Notes under the pieces: generated by a model
Seen by the model: only the letters and a program-made list of their open reading frames with translations
The model's database searches: none
What the model was told of the DNA's origin: nothing
Shown here: piece after piece, positions 53,026 through 61,028 of the stretch
How positions within the stretch are numbered: the stretch's first letter is position 1
How the letters are laid out: every line of letters starts with the position of its first letter
Made by a program: the position numbers and the translations under genes
Assembly (NCBI GenBank): GCA_965207845.1
Contig: CBDBNU010000002.1
Coordinates: 720,323-784,322, forward strand
DNA from: Dehalococcoidia bacterium
GTDB taxonomy: Bacteria > Chloroflexota > Dehalococcoidia > Lucifugimonadales > GCA-2712585
DNA: 64,000 nucleotides
Direction of reading: 5' to 3'

Positions 53026-55419
53026 CTATGAGCCTGCCTCGGCTTCTGTTGTGCATCGTGCCAAGCGCGATTTCTCGACCCATATTTCGGGAAGCTCTTC
53101 CGCAATGCAGCCAGTGAATTCGTTAACCCCAAGATCCAAGCTTCTGAGATTCACCAGATTGGCAAGCTCTGATGGTATCTCGCCGCTAAAGAAATTCCCC
53201 GAGACATCCAACTTCCTGAGCTTCACCAAGTTTCCCAGTTCGGCCGGTATCTCGCCGGTGAGGTCGTTACCCTGAAGTTCCAATATCTCCAATTTCACCA
53301 ATCGGCCGAACTGAGGAGGTATCTCCCCCACCAGACGATTTGCTCTCAAGTCCAAATCCAACAGGCTTGTGAGATTGCCCAACTCAGGGGGAATGGTTCC
53401 AGTCAATCTATTGCTCCCGAGACTCAATTTCGTTAAGTGGGCGAGGCCCCCCAATTCCGGCGGGATATCACCTGCAAGACCGCTGGCAAAGAGTTCTACC
53501 TGTACAGCCCTCCCAAAGGCATCCGTGGACACTCCGTACCAGGCCCCCGGTGGCGCGTCGCTGGCCCAGTTCCTGCTATATAGCCAGTTCTCTCCAAGAG
53601 TGGCGTCGTAGAGCGCTAAGAGCGGTGGCAAATCCGGTGAGTTTGCCCAGTCTTGGTCAGCAATAGGCCCGCCATGATACTGTCGATAGACAGCACGGAA
53701 TTCTTCCTCGTTCCCCTCCGGGACATTCTTCAAAAACGCATAGAAGATGTGGTCCTCACTATGGTCCAGGAACAAATACCTCTGACCATACAATTCCCGC
53801 AATCCCCCGGATACTGCCCCCGCTCCCAGGACAGAATTTATCCCCAGCAGGAATCGTTCCCCCAGCAATTGGTCGCAGTCCCTGCCGCCAAACAAGGAAA
53901 TGTGAAGCCAGAGACTCTCCCCACATACTCCGTCGGATTCGATGCTTGCCAATCGCTCTTCAAGTGATTCTCCACCCATTTCAGCTTCAACGTGCGCTTT
54001 CAGAAATCTCGCTGTCGCCGTATTGAGCCACCATGGTTCCGGAACTGCGTAGTATTCCCCAATCACCTCCAAGAGTGCCTCCCTCGAAGGTCCCTCTTCA
54101 GGATTCTCCGCCCACAAAATCGACCTTAGATAGCATTGGTCCAATCTGCTGCCGCTACATGAACTATCATTAAACGCCGCGTGTCTGGCATTCCAGAATT
54201 CCGGCTCGACTAGGAGGAGAATCACGTCGCCAAGGGGCAGCGGCACTTCCATAAATCCTTCCATCGCTCGCAACCCTTCATCTAGAGTCGCCAACGTGTC
54301 GTCGTCCGAGAGAATTGGAGTCTGACTGACAACGGCAAGTCCCACTGAGCCGGACAAGGGAAGCTCAATAGTAGTGGATACAACGTAGTGTTCCTCAACC
54401 AGCGCCATGGTAAATGCACCTAGACCCCTGCTTTCGTGAATTGCATATATCAGCGCCGCTTCTAGATCATCCAAACCATCCTCAAACCACGCCTGGTTGT
54501 TCAATTTGTCCAATAATTCAGCATCTTCCTGCTGGCCGGATAGATGCATGATATGCAGAGAATTCAAAGCATCCGCATCTCTTTGCATAAACGGCGCATC
54601 CATGAAAGGTGACCTCACTACATGCCAGGTCAATACCATGTCATACTGGGCAAGACGCTCAATACTACCTATCGCCCTGGACTCTGCCGCCGTAATCCCA
54701 TCCAGGGCCCACGAGAAGCCTAGAACTGCCTGCGCCAACTCCGGGTCATGGTTCCATAACCTTGGTATCGTGGCAATCACGGATAATTCACTATTCGAAA
54801 TCTCGGCATTGTCTACCCACGGAAAACTCAGTACTAATGATGTTAGTTCCATGTCGATATACCATAAGGCAGTTAGCGCCTCGACGGGATATGCTTCTTC
54901 AACGGTTATCCCATCTGCAACCCAGGGCAACGCATATACTGCAGCCGGACTCCCAGGTTCCGGGGTCGGCTCAGGAGTCGGTTCCGGCGTCGGCTCTGGC
55001 GTGGGCTCAGGTGTTGGTGCTGGTGCCGGCTCAGGCGTCGGCTCTGGCGTGGGCTCAGGTGTTGGTGCTGGTGCCGGCTCAGGCGTCGGCGTAGGCTCAG
55101 GAGTTGATTCCGGTGTCGGCTCCGGCGTAGGCTCAGGCGTAGGTGTCGGCGTTGATTCCGGTGTCGGCTCAGTCGTCGGCTCCGCCGTGGGCGGTGCCGT
55201 TGGTGCCGGCGTAGACTCCGGGGTTTGCTCCGGCATCTCCATCAGTATGGGAGATGGTGTCGAGGTCGATACTAGGTCTGAATTGGATGAGTCTCTCGGT
55301 ACAACAGTACCGGTGGGTGGGAGATCATTCTCGCAGGCTGCAAATACAATCAATGCCAACAATTGCAACAAACAAACAACAACTATATGCGGAATACGCC
55401 TTCTCATGCCAATTAACAT
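53026..55419 (-). CDS. Lipoprotein paralogue: Pro/Thr/Glu linker + degenerate peptidase-MA-like core + plant-type LRRs (copy A, HExxH lost)
   Basis: The first 80 aa or so are nearly identical to copy B, after which the two diverge strongly. The position equivalent to FHELGHYY reads LEVIGEYY, and WLTEGTA reads WLNTATA. C-terminal LRRs of the form NxLTG(T/E)IPPELGN. Confidence 0.75.
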   Translation of the reverse strand: MLIGMRRRIPHIVVVCLLQLLALIVFAACENDLPPTGTVVPRDSSNSDLVSTSTPSPILMEMPEQTPESTPAPTAPPTAEPTTEPTPESTPTPTPEPTPEPTPESTPEPTPTPEPAPAPTPEPTPEPTPEPAPAPTPEPTPEPTPEPTPEPTPEPGSPAAVYALPWVADGITVEEAYPVEALTALWYIDMELTSLVLSFPWVDNAEISNSELSVIATIPRLWNHDPELAQAVLGFSWALDGITAAESRAIGSIERLAQYDMVLTWHVVRSPFMDAPFMQRDADALNSLHIMHLSGQQEDAELLDKLNNQAWFEDGLDDLEAALIYAIHESRGLGAFTMALVEEHYVVSTTIELPLSGSVGLAVVSQTPILSDDDTLATLDEGLRAMEGFMEVPLPLGDVILLLVEPEFWNARHAAFNDSSCSGSRLDQCYLRSILWAENPEEGPSREALLEVIGEYYAVPEPWWLNTATARFLKAHVEAEMGGESLEERLASIESDGVCGESLWLHISLFGGRDCDQLLGERFLLGINSVLGAGAVSGGLRELYGQRYLFLDHSEDHIFYAFLKNVPEGNEEEFRAVYRQYHGGPIADQDWANSPDLPPLLALYDATLGENWLYSRNWASDAPPGAWYGVSTDAFGRAVQVELFASGLAGDIPPELGGLAHLTKLSLGSNRLTGTIPPELGNLTSLLDLDLRANRLVGEIPPQFGRLVKLEILELQGNDLTGEIPAELGNLVKLRKLDVSGNFFSGEIPSELANLVNLRSLDLGVNEFTGCIAEELPEIWVEKSRLARCTTEAEAGS
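54989..55084 (-). repeat. Perfect 48-nt tandem duplication inside the Pro/Thr/Glu linker of copy A
   Basis: The unit gtcggctctggcgtgggctcaggtgttggtgctggtgccggctcaggc occurs twice (54989-55036 and 55037-55084). It encodes repeated [16 protein letters not shown]. Confidence 0.8.
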
Positions 55420-55471
55420 ACATCATCCACGTACAGTGAAAGAACCCCTCTCCCTCCCCCAAAGACCCTTC

Positions 55472-55839
55472 TTACAACGCCGGCGGCACCACCTCCGAAC
55501 CCCTCATCACCTCATCCCGCGTTAACAGCGGTACGTCATGCACAACGCTCGTCGCCGCGATGATCTCGTCCGCTGGATCTCCCCTGAAATCCAGACGCGT
55601 CGACGCCACCGACACCGCAAGATCAATAGGCCACACCTGAATTCGACCCAACACGCGCACCACCACCCGATCATCCAGGTCTAATTCCACCCGACCCAAC
55701 TCACCAGCTTCGCCAATTCCCACAAGACTATCGACGATACCGACCATCTCCTCCGAGACAATAGACTCCGTTCCTTCAGCCTCAATTCGTCCCTCAATGC
55801 GAATAGGAGGATGTGCGTGTCAAGATTGATCATGCGCAT
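55472..55839 (-). pseudogene. vapC: PIN-domain VapC toxin gene interrupted by a 1-nt frameshift
   Basis: The N-terminal frame from the ATG at 55839 or 55833 reads (MR)MINLDTHILLFALRDELRLKERSLLS...IVLWELAKLVS and stops at 55681-55683. The C-terminal frame is ORF 55472..55747 (...ELGRVELDLDD...PIDLAVSVASTRL...PADEIIAATSVVHDVPLLTRDE). The frames meet near 55700. Confidence 0.65.
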
Positions 55840-56044
55840 CCCAACTTAGACCCGTCGAGAAAACATCCCCTCTCACCCTCAGCTTGTCCCGCAGACTCCC
55901 AATAAGGTCCGCCTCCCCGCTATCGTACGGAAGGACTCTGGCCACCGGCTTGCCCCGCTTGGTGACCACTAGGCCATCGGCGTCCAGTTGGTCCAGCAAC
56001 GCCAGGCAATGCTCCTTGAACTTCGCTGCTCCAATCCTTCTCAT
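55820..56044 (-). CDS. Type II antitoxin, Phd/YefM-like
   Basis: 74 aa. MRRIGAAKFKEHCLALLDQLDADGLVVTKRGKPVARVLP. Its end overlaps the 5' end of the vapC pseudogene. Confidence 0.7.
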   Translation of the reverse strand: MRRIGAAKFKEHCLALLDQLDADGLVVTKRGKPVARVLPYDSGEADLIGSLRDKLRVRGDVFSTGLSWDAHDQS

Positions 56045-56332
56045 GCGTGCGCCCCTCTACTTATATATGGACATATCGAATGACTGGTTGCTTTTCTAGT
56101 CCATAATTTGCTTCAAAGTATTCCAGCCCCTGTCACCTTCATCGGTTATTCCAATGACGACAAGAGTCCAATACTTCTCTCCCCCATCATCAAGCTGAGA
56201 ACCCCCCACACCCCAAACTGCCATTTTGCCCCTTCCCCATATCCCTCTCCTATGCTACCCTCCCTCCATGCAATTAACAGAACGTTTGCGTCAACAAATG
56301 CCCTCCCCAAAATCTTCCCTGCGGCCAACATT

Positions 56333-56374
56333 TCCCATCCAATATTTTTCCAATCCCATCCAATATTTTTCCAA
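56333..56374 (+). repeat. Perfect 21-bp tandem duplication in a G-poor non-coding region
   Basis: tcccatccaatatttttccaa occurs twice, at 56333-56353 and 56354-56374. Confidence 0.85.
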
Positions 56375-56622
56375 ACAATTCAATTCTCCATTTCACCCTT
56401 TCTCAGGCGTGAAATCCACCAAAAGCAACCCGAATTGTTTCCAAAACAATTTCCTCTCAGGCACGGACTCCGGGAATCAATTCCGAATCAACTACGCGCA
56501 ATCCCCCATTGATTTCGAGACAATCCCCACTACCCACCCATACCCCATTCCCCCTATAATGTCCCCAATCACCCCGTAGGGGCCTCCCCTTAACCTCTTC
56601 CCCCTCTATGAGGCAAGCCGTT

Positions 56623-56666
56623 CTTGCCTCCTCTCCCATCGTGGGAGAGGATTGAGGTGAGGGTGA
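56623..56666 (+). repeat. REP-like element, family A (copy 2)
   Basis: cttgcctcctctccc atcg tgggagagg attgaggtgagggtga. Confidence 0.8.
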
Positions 56667-56706
56667 GATCCCACCATCAACCCACCCACACAAAGGAGCA
56701 TAAGAT

Positions 56707-57444
56707 ATGCGACTCAAAGGCAAAGTCGCCCTCATATCCGGCGCCGCCCGCGGCATGGGCGCCACCGAAGCCCGTCTCTTCGCCAGCGAAGGCGCCCAAG
56801 TCGTCCTCGGCGACGTCCTCCACCAGCAAGCCCAGGCCGTCGCCGACGAAATCAACAATTCCGGCGGCCAGGCCCTCTTTGTACCCCTCGACGTTACCAG
56901 CGAGGACAGCTGGCGCGAGGCCGTCAACGCCGCCGAGCAGCACTTCGGCAACATCAGCGTCCTCGTCAACAACGCGGGCATCCTCGTCCGCGAGGAACTC
57001 GAAGAGGGCACCGACCCCGGCTGGGACAGCACCATGAATGTCAACGCCAAGGGCGTCTACCTCGGCATGAAGCAGGCCGTCCCCTCCATGCTCCGGGCCG
57101 GCGCCGGCTCCATCATCAATATCTCCAGCATCTCCGGCATCGTCTCCCTCGGCTACCCCGCCTACAACGCCTCCAAGGGCGCCGTCCGCATCGTCACCAA
57201 GACCGTGGCCATGGAATATGCCGACAAAAACATCCGTGTGAACTCCATCCACCCCGGCGTCATCAACACGGACATGATGGGCGGCGACACCCGCGCCGCC
57301 GAGGATTGGGACCGTCTTATCCCCCTGGGCCGTTTTGCCGAACCCATCGAGGTCGCCTATGGCGCCCTCTTCCTCGCCTCCGACGAATCATCCTTCATGA
57401 CCGGCTCAGAACTCGTAATCGACGGCGGCTTCACCGCCCAATAA
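56707..57444 (+). CDS. SDR-family oxidoreductase (classical, glucose/3-oxoacyl-reductase-like)
   Basis: ISGAARGMG (TGxxxGxG variant), NNAG, SSISG, YNASK. AAAGGAG RBS. Confidence 0.9.
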   Translation: MRLKGKVALISGAARGMGATEARLFASEGAQVVLGDVLHQQAQAVADEINNSGGQALFVPLDVTSEDSWREAVNAAEQHFGNISVLVNNAGILVREELEEGTDPGWDSTMNVNAKGVYLGMKQAVPSMLRAGAGSIINISSISGIVSLGYPAYNASKGAVRIVTKTVAMEYADKNIRVNSIHPGVINTDMMGGDTRAAEDWDRLIPLGRFAEPIEVAYGALFLASDESSFMTGSELVIDGGFTAQ

Positions 57445-57457
57445 CCCATTCCCCTCT

Positions 57458-57501
57458 CTTGCCTCCTCTCCCGTCGTGGGAGAGGATTGAGGTGAGGGTG
57501 A
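57458..57501 (+). repeat. REP-like element, family A (copy 3)
   Basis: cttgcctcctctccc gtcg tgggagagg attgaggtgagggtga. Confidence 0.8.
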
Positions 57502-57514
57502 ATCCCTTCTTGTC

Positions 57515-57552
57515 TCTTCCCCCTCGATGGGGGAAGATTAAGATGGGGGTGA
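57515..57552 (+). repeat. REP-like element, family B (copy 3)
   Basis: tcttccccc tcga tgggggaaga ttaagatgggggtga, directly following a family A copy. Confidence 0.8.
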
Positions 57553-57595
57553 CTCCCCAGCACCAACAACCAACCACCGCACCCAAAGGAGAAAA

Positions 57596-58336
57596 ATGCG
57601 ACTCCAAGACAAGGTAGCCATCATCACCGGCGCCGCCCGCGGCATGGGCGCCGCCGAAGCCCGTCTCTTCGCCAAAGAGGGCGCTAAGGTCGTCGTCGCC
57701 GACGTTCAGGTCGAAGACGGCCGGAGCGTCACCAACGAAATCAACGACGCCGGCGGCACGGCAGTCTTCGTGGAAATGGACGTCAGCAGCCAGGCCGACT
57801 GGGACCGCACCATCGACGCCGCCATCTCCAACTTCGGCAAGATCAACGTCCTCGTCAACAACGCCGGCATCATCGAGCGTGAAACCCTGGAGGAGACCTC
57901 CGAGGAGACCTGGGACGGCATCATGGCCGTCAACGCCAAGGGCGTCTTCCTCGGCACCAAGGCCGTCATTCCCCACATGAAGGCTGCTGGCGGCGGATCC
58001 ATCGTCAACATCTCCAGCATCTCCGGCATGATCTCCGTCGGCTACCCCGCCTACAACGCCTCCAAGGGCGCCATCCGCGTCTTCACCAAGAGCGCCGCGG
58101 TGGAATTCGCCCGCGACAACATTCGCGTCAATTCCATCCATCCCGGCACCATCTGGACCTCCATGTCCACCTACAAGCGGGCCTTCACCCGCGAGGAGAG
58201 GGCCCAGACCATCCCCATGAAGAGGGTCGCCGAGCCCATCGAAATCGCCTACCCCGCCCTCTTCCTAGCCTCCGACGAGTCCTCCTACATGACGGGCAGC
58301 GAAGTCGTCATCGATGGCGGCGTTACCGCGGAATAA
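57596..58336 (+). CDS. SDR-family oxidoreductase, tandem paralogue
   Basis: ITGAARGMG, NNAG, SSISG, YNASK. By eye roughly 60 percent identical to the upstream SDR. Confidence 0.9.
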   Translation: MRLQDKVAIITGAARGMGAAEARLFAKEGAKVVVADVQVEDGRSVTNEINDAGGTAVFVEMDVSSQADWDRTIDAAISNFGKINVLVNNAGIIERETLEETSEETWDGIMAVNAKGVFLGTKAVIPHMKAAGGGSIVNISSISGMISVGYPAYNASKGAIRVFTKSAAVEFARDNIRVNSIHPGTIWTSMSTYKRAFTREERAQTIPMKRVAEPIEIAYPALFLASDESSYMTGSEVVIDGGVTAE

Positions 58337-58337
58337 C

Positions 58338-58501
58338 CCATGCCCACCCCTGAATCCACTATCCCGTTCCCTCGCGAACGCGGGGGCCCACTCTTCTCCC
58401 TCTAACCAAATGTCATTCTGAGGAGGCTCCGCGACGAAGAATCTCGCTCCCATTCCGCCCCATCCCAACCCACAGGATAATCAACCATGCCCACCCCTGA
58501 A
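58338..58501 (+). mobile_element. 147-bp insertion at the SDR/methyltransferase junction flanked by a perfect 17-bp duplication that includes the downstream start codon
   Basis: ccatgcccacccctgaa at 58338-58354 and again at 58485-58501. The insert carries the same core as at 28670-28718: atgtcattctgagg...cgaagaatctcgct (about 58410-58450). Confidence 0.55.
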
Positions 58502-59311
58502 ACTGCCCAGGAATGGCTCGCCATGATCCGCGCCGAACACGCCCAGACCGAACGCCTCCGTGACCAACCCAACCCCCACGACGACCACTGGCACGGCATG
58601 ACCGTCAGCTTCCGGTCCGACCCCCATCGCACCGACGACGCCCTCCTGAATCGCCTCCTGCATCTGGTGAACCCCGGCCACACAATTATGGACGTTGGCG
58701 CAGGCCCCGGCCGCCTCGCCCTCCCCCTCGCCCTGCGGTGCAGTCACCTCACTGCCGTCGAACCCTCCCCCGCCATGGCCCAGGCCTTCCGGGAGGAAGC
58801 AGACAATCACGACATCCGTAACGTCACCCTCGTCGAGTCCACCTGGGAAGACGCCGAAGTCGAACCCGCCGACATAGTTCTCTGCTCTCACGTCGTCTAC
58901 ACCGCCCGCCGCATAGACACATTCCTCCAGAAGCTCACCGACCACGCCAGGGAATGCGTCCTCGTCATCCTCCACTGGGACCCACCCCAGCACCGCGCCT
59001 ACCCCCTCTGGCCCTATATCCACGGCGAAACCCGCCTCCCCCTGCCCGCGGGTCCCCAACTCCTTGAAGTGCTGGACGAAATGAACATCTCCTACACCCT
59101 CGAAGACCTCCCGACGCCGGAGCTCCACGGCTTCCAGACCCCCGACGAAGCGTGGCAGCAGACAAGGGGGATGCTCTTCCTCACCGAAGGCAGCGAAAAG
59201 GATAACCTCCTCCGGTCCACCATCGAAGACCACCTGGAACAGCGAGACGGCGAACTCTACCTCAAAGACGCCAAACCCATGCGCCCCGTCCTAATCACCT
59301 GGCGCCCCTAG
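58487..59311 (+). CDS. Class I SAM-dependent methyltransferase
   Basis: Motif I IMDVGAGPGRLALPLA and post-I LTAVEPS. Confidence 0.8.
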   Translation: MPTPETAQEWLAMIRAEHAQTERLRDQPNPHDDHWHGMTVSFRSDPHRTDDALLNRLLHLVNPGHTIMDVGAGPGRLALPLALRCSHLTAVEPSPAMAQAFREEADNHDIRNVTLVESTWEDAEVEPADIVLCSHVVYTARRIDTFLQKLTDHARECVLVILHWDPPQHRAYPLWPYIHGETRLPLPAGPQLLEVLDEMNISYTLEDLPTPELHGFQTPDEAWQQTRGMLFLTEGSEKDNLLRSTIEDHLEQRDGELYLKDAKPMRPVLITWRP

Positions 59312-59314
59312 TAT

Positions 59315-59376
59315 CCCTTCCCCCTTGATGGGGGAAGGTTAGGCCTGTCCTGAGCCTGCCGAAGGGATGGGGGTGA
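59315..59376 (+). repeat. REP-like element, family B (copy 4, with a 22-nt internal insertion)
   Basis: cccttccccc ttga tgggggaagg ttagg [cctgtcctgagcctgccgaagg] gatgggggtga. Confidence 0.75.
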
Positions 59377-59382
59377 TTTCCC

Positions 59383-60849
59383 CTAAACCGCCGCCTCAGC
59401 CTCCGCCCGCTCCTTAATCCCCCGCATCATCCGGTAGATGAAGAACGCCCCCATGCAGAAAGCCACCGCACATATCAGCAGCATCACGTAGTACCCCGAA
59501 TGCTGCTGTATGCCGTTCAGAAAGTCCACCAGCGGGCCCCCCAGCCGAGAAGCCGCCAGTCCCCCCACCAGCGCGAAGTTCGCCAGCCCCATCTGCAGCG
59601 CCGCCCGGTTCTCCGAAACCATGTCCGTTATCAACGCTCGCCCCGCCGAGAAGAACAGCCCCGCCGCCACCCCCAGCACTATCCCAATCAGCACCACGTG
59701 CACCAGGTTCTGGGCCAGGTAGAATACCAGCGTACCCCCGGCTCCCAGCACCGACGACACGTACAACAGCGGCGCTCTCCCCACCCTGTCCGCCAGCACT
59801 CCCGCCGGCCACAGCGTCAGAATGATGGCCAGCCCCGCCGTCGCTGCCAGCCACGACATCCCGGAGGCCGGCTTCTCCAGCGCCACCACGTCCTGCAGGA
59901 AGTAAAACGTGTACGCCATCAGAATGCCGCCCGCCAGCGTGTAGGAGAATGCCGCCGAAAGCATTGTCATATTGCGCCTTGTGACGCCCAACGCCGTAAT
60001 GGCAGACCGGAGTCTTCCCCCCGCGACGGGCGTCCCCTCCGAGGCCTTGCTGGCAGCCGATTTTGCCCTCTCTTCTTCTTCAGCCTTTCTCGCCGCAGCC
60101 CTCTGTTCAGTCGTTGGCTGCCTGTCCCTGACCAACAACAACGTCCAGACCGCCGTAATTGCCAGCACCCCCGTAGGCAGCCCCAGCGAAATCCACAGCC
60201 ACACGTCCCGGCTTCCCTTTACGTGGTGGTCCATGATGAAGCCCGTGATAAGCAGCAACAGCACCGCACCCGCCGCTCCGGCGATGGCCCGAACCGACGC
60301 CATCTTCCCCCGCTGATTGTGCGGCACCTGGTCCTTCAGCATCGCGTCGTAGGGCGTCTGCGAAACGTTTATGAAGAACTGCACCAGCACCGCCGATATG
60401 AGCAGTCCGACGAAGTTTACCGCCGCCCCAACTCCGACCATCAGCCCCGTCGCGACCAACGACCCCACGGCAATGTATGGCCGACGCCTCCCCCATCCCC
60501 ACGTGGTTTTGTCGCTCAGATACCCCACCACCGGCTGAATCAGCATCGCGCCGCCCATGCCGATGAATGTGAGTATCCCCAGGTAGGTGTTCTTCAAAGA
60601 CTCCGGCGCCACGTCCAATACGCGCAGCGGCAGAATGATGTACCCCAGGCTGGTGGAAATAGCCGCGATGCCGAAGGCCAGAGTGCTGAAGTTCACATAA
60701 CCCACAACCCCCGAGATACCCTTGCCGTCCGGTCCCTCCGCTTCCCCGTTCCCCGCCTCCCCAACGCTGCCTTTGCGAGAGGCAGCATCGTTCCCCGTCT
60801 CTATGGTGTCCACCGACGGTTTGCTATCTCCTAGGGTGCTATCGTCCAT
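59383..60849 (-). CDS. MFS transporter
   Basis: 488 aa, 12 hydrophobic helices with a long central loop, MFS-like DRVGR motif. Confidence 0.85.
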   Translation of the reverse strand: MDDSTLGDSKPSVDTIETGNDAASRKGSVGEAGNGEAEGPDGKGISGVVGYVNFSTLAFGIAAISTSLGYIILPLRVLDVAPESLKNTYLGILTFIGMGGAMLIQPVVGYLSDKTTWGWGRRRPYIAVGSLVATGLMVGVGAAVNFVGLLISAVLVQFFINVSQTPYDAMLKDQVPHNQRGKMASVRAIAGAAGAVLLLLITGFIMDHHVKGSRDVWLWISLGLPTGVLAITAVWTLLLVRDRQPTTEQRAAARKAEEEERAKSAASKASEGTPVAGGRLRSAITALGVTRRNMTMLSAAFSYTLAGGILMAYTFYFLQDVVALEKPASGMSWLAATAGLAIILTLWPAGVLADRVGRAPLLYVSSVLGAGGTLVFYLAQNLVHVVLIGIVLGVAAGLFFSAGRALITDMVSENRAALQMGLANFALVGGLAASRLGGPLVDFLNGIQQHSGYYVMLLICAVAFCMGAFFIYRMMRGIKERAEAEAAV

Positions 60850-60944
60850 GCCCCGTCCAACTCATCCTTCGCCCGTTCTACATACCCGGGATCGCCCCAA
60901 TGAATCTAAGTGAATCCGCTCCCAGATGCAAGCCAACCCCCCTC

Positions 60945-60993
60945 GTGACACGTTTGACGTGCCAACCGGCCCCTTCTCCCCTATAATAGCCCC
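60945..60993 (+). repeat. 49-bp direct repeat, left copy (carries a promoter-like sequence)
   Basis: gtgacacgtttgacgtgccaaccGgccccttctcccctataatagcccc. It differs at one position from the copy at 61912-61960. Confidence 0.85.
60959..60987 (+). promoter_or_regulatory. Candidate promoter inside the left repeat (drives the PLD-like gene)
   Basis: Perfect TATAAT at 60982-60987. GTGCCA lies 17 nt upstream (4/6 to TTGACA). A better TTGACG at 60954-60959 is 22 nt away. The ATG is 42 nt downstream. Confidence 0.4.
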
Positions 60994-61028
60994 ATCCTCG
61001 GGACCTCAACCCAATTACTGGAGAAATC

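Noticed and set aside
49823-55419. Diversity-generating retroelement (template/variable repeat) as the explanation for the diverged lipoprotein pair
   Set aside because: No reverse transcriptase is present. The divergence spans about 2 kb including indels and is not confined to adenine positions of a short C-terminal repeat.
30501-59376. Whether the repeated hairpin elements form a CRISPR array
   Set aside because: The copies are kilobases apart, belong to two or three sequence families, lie in separate intergenic regions and have no regular spacer structure. No cas genes are present.
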